Part shown: positions 53,359 to 64,000 of the stretch, in pieces
Position numbering within the stretch: the first letter of the stretch is position 1
How the letters are laid out: each line of letters begins with the position of its first letter
From: an uncultured Planctomycetota bacterium
GTDB taxonomy: Bacteria; Planctomycetota; Planctomycetia; Gemmatales; Gemmataceae
Assembly (NCBI GenBank): GCA_963849325.1
Contig: CAWKHF010000006.1
Location: 224,001-288,000, forward strand
DNA length: 64,000 bases
Reading direction: 5' to 3'
Translations under genes and position numbers: made by a program
The notes under the pieces: model-generated
Database searches by the model: none
What the model was told of the DNA's origin: nothing
Seen by the model: the letters and a program-made list of their open reading frames with translations, nothing else

Positions 53359-54177
53359 TCAGGGATGGATGCGGGGTTTTTGCGTCGGCTCCAGCTCCGG
53401 CAGAGCGGATTTGCCGCGCAGACCCGGAACAAGACGTGGCGGACCACGCCGCTGAGGGCGTAGCCCCAGAACAGCACGAAGCAAGCCAGATCCGGCGTCA
53501 GGGCGATGATGAACAGGGCCAGCACCAGCCTGCACGAGGACGCTGAAGGGCCGTCGGCCGCGCAGGACCTGCTTGGTGACGTGCGGATAGGACACGCGCG
53601 AGACCATGAGCAGGGCGGCGGCCAGGGTGCCCAGCGGCGCCCAGACGCGGACGAAGCTGTGCATCATCTCGGGATTGAGGCCGCTCCAGGTCGAGGAGCG
53701 CAGGATGGCCAGCGATACGACGCAGCCGGCCGCCGCCGGCGACGGCAGACCTTTGAAGCGTTTATGGCTGGCCGCGTCCGGCGAATTCTCCAGGTTGAAG
53801 CGCGCCAGCCGCAGCACGGCGCAGACCACGTACAGGCCAGCGATCATGGCCACGGCCTGGCCGAGTAGCTGTTTCTGCCAATCCATCCCCAGGCGCAACA
53901 GCAGGAACGCCGGCGCGGCGCCGAAGCTGATGGCGTCGCACAGGCTGTCGAGCTGGCCGCCGAAGTCGCTGGCCGATTTGGATAGCCGCGCCGCGTAGCC
54001 GTCCAGGGCGTCGAAGATCATGGCGGTCAGGATCAGGCATGCGCTGAGAAGGAAATAATAATCCATCTCACCGGACGACGACTCGGGACCGATCTTGCTG
54101 GCATAGGCGATGGCCGCGAAGCCGCAAACGCCGTTGCCTAGCGTCAGAAGCGTCGGCAAAATAGCGATTTTCTTCAC
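53359..54177 (-). CDS. pssA: CDP-diacylglycerol-serine O-phosphatidyltransferase, frameshifted
   Basis: LPTLLTLGN, DALDGYAAR...GGQLDSLCDAISFG, RLARFN, FKGLPSP. Confidence 0.88.
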   Translation of the reverse strand: MKKIAILPTLLTLGNGVCGFAAIAYASKIGPESSSGEMDYYFLLSACLILTAMIFDALDGYAARLSKSASDFGGQLDSLCDAISFGAAPAFLLLRLGMDWQKQLLGQAVAMIAGLYVVCAVLRLARFNLENSPDAASHKRFKGLPSPAAAGCVVSLAILRSSTWSGLNPEMMHSFVRVWAPLGTLAAALLMVSRVSYPHVTKQVLRGRRPFSVLVQAGAGPVHHRPDAGSGLLRAVLGLRPQRRGPPRLVPGLRGKSALPELEPTQKPRIHP

Positions 54178-54397
54178 GGTGCGAGCAACTCCTGCTTGGA
54201 GAATGCCGAGGGTGATTGCCGGTAACTGCGTTACCATACCAGGATGTCCCTGTCCTTACCAGGCACTACTGGAAATTCCGTGTCACGGTTTCGTCCGCCG
54301 ATCTGCCCGTCTGGAAGCGTGGCCGACCACGCTGTTCCGCTGACCTCCTTGTTCCGGCCTGGGATCGGCTTTTCCCTTCGCGCTGCTGTCAATCCCG

Positions 54398-55042
54398 TTA
54401 GCTTCGCGGGAGTGCTTGAACCGCCCGAAGCGTCTCCTCGTGACAAGCCGCGAAGGAAGAAAGATTTAACAGGCCCGTAAAGTCACTGATTAATTCCGCC
54501 ACACGCTGACATCGCCAGGCGAGGTCGCGGTAAAATCGATGTCGTCGTCTCCCGTGCAGCTCCGAAGCATCGCGGAGAAGTTGCCGGAGAGTTTCTTTGG
54601 GATCGGTTAGCTTCTCCAGGTCGCGGACGCGCGGCAACGCGATCGGGGATTGAGAAGAGGGATTATCCGCGGCCCGCCGTATCGCTTTCTCGTCGGTCAA
54701 TAGCCAGGCTTCCGTCATGCGCACGGGCACTACGCACACATAGGGTTGATCCGCGTACGGAGACATGGCTTCTCGAATTTCCTGTACCCGCTTCTCTCTG
54801 CTTTCTCCTTCGGCGTCCCGATGAACGAAAAGAAGATCGCAGGGATATTGCCGCATGGCAGCAGCTACCTTGCCTGCCAAGCCCCGCGATTCTTTTTGTA
54901 GCGTCCGGGGATCGGCGAATTGAGGTATCAATCGGCAATCCCACGATGAGTAGATTTGGCTCAGGAGCCATCCGAGGATGGGCAGCAGCATTCGATCGCT
55001 TGGCCCGTCGGCCAGTAAGGTGTATCTAACTTGCCGGAGCAT
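54398..55042 (-). CDS. DUF4276-like (TOPRIM-type) protein
   Basis: DGPSD, HRDAE, PVRMTEAWLL, DPK motifs. Confidence 0.7.
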   Translation of the reverse strand: MLRQVRYTLLADGPSDRMLLPILGWLLSQIYSSWDCRLIPQFADPRTLQKESRGLAGKVAAAMRQYPCDLLFVHRDAEGESREKRVQEIREAMSPYADQPYVCVVPVRMTEAWLLTDEKAIRRAADNPSSQSPIALPRVRDLEKLTDPKETLRQLLRDASELHGRRRHRFYRDLAWRCQRVAELISDFTGLLNLSSFAACHEETLRAVQALPRS

Positions 55043-56430
55043 GTTCCCCGTCCGCATAATCCATTTCGAACCAACCATCCGCAGTGTTGCCGAGGTAGGC
55101 GACTAGCTGCCCCGGTGCCACCATCGCAGGAGCGTCCGCAGTGTGGGCACGCCAACTTTCGGGAGGAACACGAATGGCCGCGACGCGCCCTTTCTGTCCA
55201 TTGCGAAGCACATTTTCCTCGGTGAAGTAGACAAGGTCATTTTGAGAAATGTGCTGGACGACGAGGGGAGAGTGTGTATTGACCACGACCTGGCGCAAGG
55301 GATTGTCCTCATCCACGGCAAAATTTGGATCGACCGCGATGTCGCGTAACAATTCCACCATGATGGGAATGCGATCCGGATGGATGCCGTTCTCGGGTTC
55401 TTCCAGACAAATCATGCCTCTTGCTTCCGGGTCCTGGCCGAGTACGGTGAGGACAAGAAACCGCAGCGTTCCATCCGACAGCGATCGAGCGGGGTGGAAT
55501 ATGCCATCGTGGCCGCGTACCTCCACGGTCCAGGTTTCACTTCTTTCATCATCGCGCAGATGCAATTCACTGACGTCCTCAAGCAGCCGAGAGAGTTGGT
55601 TGGCGAGGGCCGTGCATACGCGGCCAGGCCGGTCCTCGGTTTTTTGCAAGCGATAGATCGTGGCCGCCAGATTCGCACCGCGCGAGTCGATGGAGCGCTT
55701 GTCCTGATAAAGGGACGGAGTACGCATGGCCGAAGGTTCGAGGAGAAGGGTCTTCCACGATTCCATTTCTCGATGCACGGCGAGGATGGTCGGAAATTCA
55801 CTTGAGGCCATGCCGCCGACCATGGTACGGGCGGAGTTCGTGGCGGGCAGTTTGCGTTTGCGGCCCCCGTGTCCTTCTTGATGAACGGTAATTTCCGGAC
55901 TCACCGGAAGCTGTTTGCGTGGAGATGAACGGCTTGGTGCGCCTCCCCGTAATTGAGGAATCGCGGAACACTGTTGCCGCGTTGAATCCCAGTTCCTTCC
56001 GCGCGGAAAGAACGGGCACAGGGACCAAAGATTCCTTGGCGAGTTTGAGGCGCTGTACGCCGTCCCGATCATCGAGAACAAACATTACCTCGTAACGCAA
56101 TGCGGACGTGGCGGCGCAGGCCGGCACCCCGAAATCATCTTGTACTTTGCGTTCGACTATCAAATCAACCAGAAATTCAATCTCCGCGGAACGGTAGTCG
56201 CCGAAGGCGGTGAAAAGAGCGGCGGGATCGACAGCCCGACCTCTCGCGTCACGGACTTGCTGCACCGCTTCCATAATGGCGTGCTTGGTGAGCAGGTGCA
56301 AAAAGTGAATGGCGTCGAACAGATTGGATTTACCAACGCCGTTTTGGCCGGAAATACAGGTGAACGGGCCGAAGCGTAAGTCCACATCCAGTAGATTTTT
56401 GAACCCTCGTACTTGGAGACGGGTGAGCAC
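55026..56430 (-). CDS. ABC-type (AAA_21-like) ATPase, frameshift near 55900
   Basis: GFKNL, GQNGVGKSN, LSDGTLRFL, LEEPENGIHP, NTHSP. Confidence 0.88.
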
Positions 56431-56522
56431 AACTTCTCCCGTTTTGTGAAAAATGCCTAATCACCGGGCTATTTGTTATTCTAGGCGTCCACGGATGCCG
56501 CGACAGGCTATCGGCAGGAACA

Positions 56523-57873
56523 TCAGTCCGCGAGCATCGCTCCCACGGCCCGGCACAACTCCTCCGCATTGGTCGCCGCTGGCGCCTCGGCGATGACGCG
56601 CACAATCGGTTCGGTGTTGCTCGGCCGCACGTGCAGCCAGCGATCCGCCCAGTCCAGTCGCAGGCCATCGGCGCGATCGACCGCCGCCTCCGGCCAGCGC
56701 TGCGTCAGCGCCTCGAACAGCTCCGGCAGCCGCTCGCGCGGCACCGTGTACTTGTCCTTGACGATGTGATACACCGGCAATTCGGCGACCAACTCGCTCA
56801 GCTTGCGGCCGGTCTCGGCCATGAGGTTGAGCACCAGGCCCATGCCGATGAACGGATCGCGCACCAGGCCGACGCGCGGGTCGATGACGCCGCCGTTGCC
56901 CTCGCCGCCGAGCACGGCGCCGACCTCCAGCATCTTGTCGGCGACGTTGGCCTCGCCGACCGCGGAGCGATGGCAGACGCAGCCGTGACGGGCCGCGATG
57001 TCCGCGGTGACGCGCGACGTGGACATGTTGACGACCACCGGGCCGCGCTCGCGGCCCAGACGGAACAGCACGGCCAGGGCCAGCGTCAGCTCCTCGCCGA
57101 TGTAGCGGCCGGTCTCGTCGATCAGGGCCAAGCGATCCGAGTCGGGGTCGAGCGCGAAGCCGATGTCCGCGCGCTGCTCGACGACCAGGGGGCAGACGTC
57201 GCGCAGGTTGTCGGCGGTCGGCTCCGGCTCGTGCAGAAATCGGCCGTCGGCGTCGCAGCCGCGGCCAAACGTCTCGACCTGCAGCGCCTTCAAGAGACGG
57301 AGGCCGAGCGGCCCGCCGGCGCCGCCGTTGGCGTCGAGGAAGGCGCGCAGCCCGGCGGCGCGGATGCGCGGTCCATCGACCAGTTGAAGGATGCGGTCGC
57401 GGTGCCAGTCCTCGGCCTGATGCTCGTCCCGCACCGTGCCCAGGTCGTCCCACGGTACGCGGCGGCCGGCGCCGCTCTCGAACAGCGCCTGCACCTTGCG
57501 GCCCTCGGCGGCGCTGAGGACGCGGCCATCGGGCCCGAACAGCTTCAGTCCGTTCCACGGCGCCGGGTTGTGGCTGGCGGTGATCTGAATGCCGCCGGCG
57601 GCGTGAAGTTGGCGCACGGCCAGGCCGACCGTCGGCGTCGGCGCGACGCCGAGATCGTGGACGTCGCAGCCGGCCGCGGTCAGGCCGGCCAGGACGGCGT
57701 GACGCAGCATGACGCCGCTGGGCCGGCCGTCGCGGCTGACGACGATGCGACCGCCGCCGCCGTGTGCCGCCAAGCGCCGAGGCGAAGGCCAGCGCCGCCG
57801 CCGGCGTCAGCGATTGGCCGACAATGCCGCGAATGCCCGAAACGCTGACGATCAATTCCGTTTCCGCACTCAT
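56523..57873 (-). CDS. Phosphoglucosamine/phosphomanno-mutase, frameshift near 57770
   Basis: SVSGIRG, TASHNP, DPDSDR, GGEGNGG, RPSNTEP. Confidence 0.92.
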
Positions 57874-57983
57874 CCGGACCTGTCCTCTCGGGTGACATCC
57901 TCGCGTCATGTCATATTATCTTCGGAAGGCAGACCACCCAATCGGCCGAAATTGTCCATGCCGCCCGACGAACGGGAGTTCCC

Positions 57984-59179
57984 ATGAAGACCGCGACGCG
58001 CTCGACGATGCGCCTTCGGCTGGAACCGCTGGAAGACCGGATCGTGCCATCGACGGCGACCGACATCCAGATGACCTTCGCCACCACCACGGACTCTCGA
58101 ACCGTCAGCGTCAATTACAACCTCAGCGCCGACCTCACCGGCCAAACGCTGTCCTTCAACGTGTATCGCTCCGCCGGCTACAACTCGCTGGCCGGCGCCC
58201 AGCTGATCGGCACGGCGTCCCTTCCCGGTTCCGACGGCGCCGACCTGAGCGCCGGCGCGCACCAGGGCGTCAAACTATCGCTGACGGACCCCAACGGCCA
58301 ACCGCTGACGGCCCTGACGCCCAACCCGGCCCTGCCGTTCGTCGTCGTCGTCGCCAACCCCAACGGGGCCATCGCCGAGAGCGACGGCAGCAACAACACC
58401 GCCTCGTTCGAGACGCACGTCCTGGGTGTGGTGGTCCACGGTCTGGAACTGGATCTGTCGCTGGTGTTGCTGGGGATGCCGCCGGCGTGGGAAACGCAGA
58501 TGGCCGCGGCCTTGCAGCAAATGGACGGCTACGAGGCCGTCATCGCCTTCAACTGGGTGCTGCCGGCCCTGCTGCCGTTTCGCCGGCGTCACCAACCTGG
58601 AAGGGAGCCAGTTGGCCCGGCAAGTCGTCGCCGAGGCCGATCAACTCGCCGGCCAGCATCCCGGCGACGTGGTGGACATCAACTTCATCGGCCACAGTCG
58701 CGGCACCGACGTTGTCAGCCAGGCGCTGCAAGACCTGGTCGGCACCACCGATCCGGCGCTGCGGGGCGGATACATGCAGATGACCTTGCTCGACCCCCAT
58801 CCGGCCAGCAACCTTTACGGACTCGCTCAGTTGGCTGCCGTTCGTTCCAGATGCCGACTCGTTCGCCGAGTTGGTGTTCCTGTTCCAATCGCTGGCGCAA
58901 GACCCGCAGGTGGTCGTGCCTCCCAACGTCATGCAAACCCAATTGTTCGACGAACAAACGCCGGCGGGGCAGCCGTTCTCGTACTCACTGGAGTCCTTCG
59001 TCAACTTCTGGGGAGACCCGGCGTCGGCCATCGTCAATGAATCCGGTCAGCCGATCCAGGAGAGCAATTTGACGAACGTGGTCGCGCCCGGCATCGGACC
59101 CATCGGTCACGTCGAGGTACACGACTGGTATCTGGCGAACGTCGTGGATACGAACCGGACGTTCACGTATTTTGATTGA
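57984..59179 (+). CDS. Planctomycete secreted protein (LEPLEDR motif) with hydrolase-like GHSRG motif, frameshifted
   Basis: RLEPLEDRIVP; IGHSRG; TLLDPH. Confidence 0.7.
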
Positions 59180-59192
59180 GGGATAAAACCTC

Positions 59193-59246
59193 TCCGAGCC
59201 TGAAGCGTAAGCGAAGGTTGCTCTTCGCTTACGCTTCAGGCTCGGA
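59193..59246. repeat. REP palindrome family B between convergent genes
   Basis: TCCGAGCCTGAAGCGTAAGCGAAG arms. Confidence 0.85.
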
Positions 59247-59255
59247 CAGAAAACG

Positions 59256-60729
59256 CTACTTCAGCTTGACGGTGACGGTCTTCATCTCGGTGTAATGCTC
59301 CAGCGCCGCCTCGCCGTTCTCGCGGCCCTGGCCGGACATCTTGAAGCCGCCGAACGGCGTCGTCGTATCGACGACGTGGTAGCAGTTGACCCACACCGTA
59401 CCGGCCTTGACCTGCTTGGCGAACAGGTGCGCTTTGTCGATGTCGCGCGTCCACACCGCCGCCGCCAGGCCGTAGAACGTCCGGTTGGCCCGCTCGATCA
59501 CCTCGTCAACCTTCGTGAAACGGCAGCACGCTGACGACCGGCCCGAAGATTTCGTCCTTGGCGATGGCCATGTCGTCCTTGACGTTATCGAAGATGGTCG
59601 GCTCGACGAAGAAGCCCTTGTCGCCGTGACGCTGGCCGCCGGTCAGGAGCGTGGCCCCTTGCTTCTGGCCCAGCTCGCAGTAACCGAGGATCTTGTCCAT
59701 CTGCTCCTGCGAGACCTGCGGCCCCTGCTCGGTCTTGGGATCGAGCGGATCGCCGATCTTGCGCTCCTTGGCCTTCTCGGCCAAACGCTCGACGAACTCC
59801 TGATGAATCTTGCCCTCGACAAACAGACGGCTGCCGGCGGTGCAGCACTGTCCGCCGTGGAAGTAGATGGCGTGGAAGGCGCCGGCGACGGCTTCGTCCA
59901 TGTCGGCGTCGGCGAAGATGACGTTGGGCGATTTGCCGCCCAGCTCGAAGGTGGTGCGCTTGAGCGTGTCGGCCGCCGACTTCTGAATGAGCTTGGCGGT
60001 ATCGACGTGGCCGGTGAAGGCGATCTTGTCCACGTCGGGATGCGCGACCAGGGCGGCGCCGGTAGTCTCGCCCATGCCGTTGACGATGTTGACGACGCCG
60101 GCGGGGAAGCCGGCCTCCATCGCCAATTCGCCGACGCGCAGAGCGGTCAACGGCGTCTGCTCGGCCGGCTTGAGCACGACCGTGTTGCCGCACGCCAGGG
60201 CCGGACCCCACTTCCAGGCCAGCATCAAGAGCGGGAAGTTCCACGGAATGATCTGGCCGATGACGCCGACCGGCTGACGCAGCGTGTACGACAGGAAGTT
60301 GCCGCGCACCGGCACGGTTCGGCCCTCGATCTTGTCGGCCCAGCCGGCGTAGTAGCGCAGGGTATTGGCGACGCCCTGCATGTCGGAGGTGGCGTCGCCG
60401 ATGGTCTTGCCGCTGTTGAGCGATTCCAGGGCGGCGAGGTCCTTCGCTTCCTTCTCGATGAGATCGGCGAGCTTGTACAGCAGTCGGCCGCGGTCGGCGG
60501 CGTCCATCGTGGCCCACGGGCCGGATTCGAGGGCGCGTCGCGCCGCCTTGACGGCCTTGTCCACGTCCTTGGCCGAGGCCGCCGCCATCTTGGCGATCAC
60601 CTGCCCGGTCGCCGGATTGTAGGTGTCGAAGGAGCCGCCCTCGACCGGATCGACCCAGTCGTTGTTGATGAGCAGCTTGGTCTGGCGAATGGCCGGAGGA
60701 GCCGAACGCTTCATCGTCGCTTGCGCCAT
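59256..60729 (-). CDS. Aldehyde dehydrogenase, frameshift near 59510
   Basis: [34 protein letters not shown]. Confidence 0.95.
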
Positions 60730-60931
60730 GGCATCACACCTCTACAAGGGAAAAGGGAAGTTGAACGGACGCGCCGCCGCCGTCCCGGCGAGCTGGGCGT
60801 CACGCGGAGAGGTCACGGTGGCATCTTAGACGGGAACAGGGTGAGGTCAAGGCTGCGGCCGACCTTGAGCCGCCGGTGCTTTCGGGACGGCGCCGGAAGA
60901 ACCGGAACCGCGATCGCGGGATTCGATCTCG

Positions 60932-61174
60932 TCACGAGGCGGCGGGTGCGGGCGGCGCCGGCGGGATCGGTTCCATTCGCGTGATGTGCAGGAGGGCGAT
61001 CACGATCTCGCGTTCCTCGGCTGTTCCGGGCGAAAGCGTCAAGGACAGGGTCGAGTGGTTTGTCGCCGCGAGTTCCGGATGAGGAACATTGAAGACCGTC
61101 GTCTCCAGCACGTACAGCCGGAATGGTCGGAACGGTTTCGCCTGCAATAGCTCGAGAAGATCCGCCTCCCGCAT
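60932..61174 (-). CDS. Small hypothetical protein (PFRPF family)
   Basis: LLQAKPFRPFRLY...VPHPE; GGAGG RBS. Confidence 0.7.
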   Translation of the reverse strand: MREADLLELLQAKPFRPFRLYVLETTVFNVPHPELAATNHSTLSLTLSPGTAEEREIVIALLHITRMEPIPPAPPAPAAS

Positions 61175-61196
61175 GGCGATGTCCTCCACGTTCGCT

Positions 61197-61442
61197 TCAG
61201 CGCGTTATCGCCGCGGGAGGCAGCATCTCCACCCGATCGATCAACTCCAGGTGAATGGGGACCATGTACTCACTGATCGCTCGGGGTTCGTTAGGGGCCT
61301 TGACGCCCACCTTGACGTAGGTGTTGAAGACGAGCATCAGCCCGAATTGCGGCACGTCGAAAATGCGGCCGTCTTTGATGTACAGCCGAAAGGGCTGAAA
61401 CGTCTCACGGCGAATCAAGGCTCGCAATTGCTCGGATTGCAT
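61197..61442 (-). CDS. Small hypothetical protein, paralog of neighbour
   Basis: LIRRETFQPFRLYIKDGRIFDVP. Confidence 0.7.
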   Translation of the reverse strand: MQSEQLRALIRRETFQPFRLYIKDGRIFDVPQFGLMLVFNTYVKVGVKAPNEPRAISEYMVPIHLELIDRVEMLPPAAITR

Positions 61443-61505
61443 CGACTTTCTCCCAGATAGCGACAGAGGACGTGTAGAAATTATAAAGAGACCCGCCGAG
61501 GATTT

Positions 61506-62537
61506 CTACGCCGGCACACTTTCGATGACGTGGACCACCGACGCCGTTGGCACCACCCGCGCCAGGTGGAAACCGGCGCTGGCCAACAGCTCGCGGTACT
61601 CCGCCTCGGTGCGCTCCATGCCGCCGGGGATGGCCAGCATGGTCAGGTCGAGGAGCTTGGCGAAACAGGGATCGTTGCCGGGCGGGATGACGCTCTCGAT
61701 CAGCAGCAGCTTGCCCGAGGCCGGCACGACCTTGCGACAGGTGCGCAGGATCGTGCGGCACTGCTCGTCGTTCCAGTCGTGGATGATGTGGCGCATCAGG
61801 TAGGCATCGCCGCCGGGCGGCGCGGTCTGGAAGAAGTCGCCCGGCGTCAGGGTGCAGCGGTCTTGCAGGCCCGCCGCCTGGACGTTGGCCCGCGCGCGCT
61901 CGATCACGTCGGGCCGGTCGAACAGCACGCCGCGCAGGGCCGGGTGCCGTTGCAGCGTCGCCAGAAGCAGACTGCCGTTGCCGCCACCGATGTCCACCAA
62001 CGTGCCGAAACCGCGGAAATCATAGGTGTCGAGCATCGCCTGCGTCTCGGCGCCGTGTACGCCGACCATGGCCTCGTCGAAGATGCGCGCCTGCCGCGGA
62101 TGCGCGGCCAGGTACGGAAAGATCGGCTGGCCGTAGAGCTTCTCGAACGCCGTCTGCCCGGTCTGGACGCTGTAGAGCAGCTCTCCCCAGCAGCGGTAAT
62201 GCTCCTCGCCGTTCATGATGGCCATCGAACGCTGCGAACCGGGTACGTCGCTGCGCAGACACTCCGCCAGCGGCGTTAGCGCGAATCGTCCCTGGGCGTC
62301 CTCGACGAAGACGCCCTCGCTGGCCAACGCGCGCAGCAGACGGTACAGCGAACGGCCGTGTGTGCCGGTGGCGCGGGCCAGGTCGGCGACCGTACGCGGC
62401 CCATCCGCGAGCAGATCGGCGACGCCGAGCTGAGCGGCGACGTGCAGGGCTTGCGCGATCCAGTAACCCGTCAACATGCGGGTCATCACGGCCTGGGGAG
62501 AGGCAGCAGCGGACCCGGCGGATTGGTTGGCGGCCAT
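61506..62537 (-). CDS. SAM-dependent O-methyltransferase (dimerisation + Methyltransf_2)
   Basis: VDIGGGNG, GDFF, HIIHDW, GGMERT. Confidence 0.93.
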   Translation of the reverse strand: MAANQSAGSAAASPQAVMTRMLTGYWIAQALHVAAQLGVADLLADGPRTVADLARATGTHGRSLYRLLRALASEGVFVEDAQGRFALTPLAECLRSDVPGSQRSMAIMNGEEHYRCWGELLYSVQTGQTAFEKLYGQPIFPYLAAHPRQARIFDEAMVGVHGAETQAMLDTYDFRGFGTLVDIGGGNGSLLLATLQRHPALRGVLFDRPDVIERARANVQAAGLQDRCTLTPGDFFQTAPPGGDAYLMRHIIHDWNDEQCRTILRTCRKVVPASGKLLLIESVIPPGNDPCFAKLLDLTMLAIPGGMERTEAEYRELLASAGFHLARVVPTASVVHVIESVPA

Positions 62538-64000
62538 GAGTCGTCCTCCTGTTTCTCGGGCGTCGGACTATCGGTCAGATCGAGTTGCAGCCGCGACAGC
62601 GTGCGGTACACGCCGCCGTCGCGCTGGACCAGCTCGGCGTGCGTGCCGGACTCGACGGTGCGGCCGTCCTTGATGACCACAATACGATCGGCCGTGCGCA
62701 CGGTCGAGAGGCGGTGGGCGATGATGAGCGAAGTACGGCCTTGCATGAGGCGTTCCAGCGCTTGCAGGACCAGGCTTTCGCTGGCCGAATCGAGCGAGCT
62801 GGTGGCCTCATCGAGGAGGAGAATGGCCGGGTCGCGCAGAATGGCGCGAGCGATGGCCACGCGCTGCCGCTGGCCGCCGGACAGCTGCACGCCGCGTTCG
62901 CCGACGCGCGTGTGGTAGCCGTCGGGGAAGGAGCGGATGAACTCGTCGGCGTTGGCCTGCCGGGCCGCGGCGACGATCTCTTCCTCGCCGGCGCCGGGCC
63001 GGCCGTAAGCGATGTTCTCGGCGATGGAGCCGCCGAACAGGAGCACGTCCTGCGGCACAATCGCCATCTGGCCGCGCAGCTCGCGCAGGCCATAGGCGCG
63101 GGCGTCGCGGCCGTCGATCCGGATTCGTCCTTGCTCCGGCTCGTAGAAACGTAGGAGCAAGGAGACGATCGTGGATTTGCCTGCGCCGCTGGGTCCGACC
63201 AGGGCGACGCGCTGTCCCGGTTCGACTGTCAGGCAAACGTCGCGCAATACCTGCACCTCCGGCCGCGATGGGTAGCGGAAGGCGACGTGCTCGAAGACGA
63301 TTTCGCCGCGCAGGCGCGCCGCCGAGCCGCGAGCGTCCGCGAGCGGGGCCGCGGACTCCGGTTGTTCTTGCAGCAATTCGCGGACGCGGTGCGTGGCGCC
63401 GAGCGTGCGCTGGAGCTGGCTGTACAGCTCGGCGAAGGAACCCATCGCGCCGGCGACGAACAGGGTGTAGATCATGAAGCTGGTCAGCTCTCCCGGCGTC
63501 AGGCTGCCGGCCACGACCAGGCGCGAACCATACCACAGGACCAGCACGACCGCGCCGAAGAGGGCGAAGATGATGAACGATCCAAACGCCCCGCGATAGC
63601 GGGCGCCGCGCAGGACCACGCCGAGATAGGCGGCGAGGCTGTCGCGATAGCGCCGCTCCTCGTAGTCCTCGTTGGTGAACGCCTTGACGCCGGCGACGCC
63701 TTGCAGCGTCTCCTCGATGATGACGTTGCCGTCGGCGAGCCGGTCCTGCGCCTCGCGCGAATTGCGGCGAAGCAGACGGCCGAACACGACGGCCAGGGCG
63801 ATCAGGGCCGGAAACGCCGCCAGCATGACCAGCGTCAGACGCAGCGAAGTCAGGGCAATGAGCACGATGCCGCCGGCGAAGAAGATGACCTGGCGAAGCA
63901 ACTGCGGCACGGCGCCGACGATGGTATCGAGGATCTGCGTCAGGTCGGCGGCGAGACGGCTGGCCAGTTCGCCGACGCGCCGCCGCACATGAAAGGCCAT
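62486..64000 (-). CDS. ABC exporter ATP-binding/permease, 5' end outside window
   Basis: GPSGAGKST, LSGGQRQR, LLDEATS, IAHRLST plus TM domain. Confidence 0.93.
   Translation of the reverse strand: MAFHVRRRVGELASRLAADLTQILDTIVGAVPQLLRQVIFFAGGIVLIALTSLRLTLVMLAAFPALIALAVVFGRLLRRNSREAQDRLADGNVIIEETLQGVAGVKAFTNEDYEERRYRDSLAAYLGVVLRGARYRGAFGSFIIFALFGAVVLVLWYGSRLVVAGSLTPGELTSFMIYTLFVAGAMGSFAELYSQLQRTLGATHRVRELLQEQPESAAPLADARGSAARLRGEIVFEHVAFRYPSRPEVQVLRDVCLTVEPGQRVALVGPSGAGKSTIVSLLLRFYEPEQGRIRIDGRDARAYGLRELRGQMAIVPQDVLLFGGSIAENIAYGRPGAGEEEIVAAARQANADEFIRSFPDGYHTRVGERGVQLSGGQRQRVAIARAILRDPAILLLDEATSSLDSASESLVLQALERLMQGRTSLIIAHRLSTVRTADRIVVIKDGRTVESGTHAELVQRDGGVYRTLSRLQLDLTDSPTPEKQEDDSWPPTNPPGPLLPLPRP

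Overview
High-GC bacterial chromosome segment with a Planctomycetota (Gemmataceae-like) signature: a PSD1/DUF1553 plus DUF1501 pair, a C-terminally extended ECF sigma factor, an LEPLEDR-motif secreted protein and many REP-like palindromes. Many long genes, including core ones (glmS, pyc, rsmA, ribE), carry single-base frameshifts, most simply read as long-read indel errors. Housekeeping blocks (scpB-lpxL-pgsA-rimO; pyc; glmS-rsmA-ribE-pssA-phosphohexomutase) alternate with accessory loci. The standout is a complete 2.5-kb insertion element (9445-11958) with 16-bp IS903-like terminal inverted repeats, a 10-bp target duplication and a SWIM-DDE transposase. Its cargo is a promoter-driven structured RNA region, a small HTH gene and a class II tRNA with a leucine-type body but an alanine (AGC) anticodon, i.e. 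a candidate mobile Ala-to-Leu mistranslating tRNA. Also present: tRNA-Sec (selC), a csrA gene with a GGA-rich leader, sigma54 promoters around an NtrC-type system, two TA modules plus an orphan antitoxin, two candidate defence gene pairs, and palindromic repeats absorbed into coding sequence. All calls come from reading the sequence; no database searches were run.
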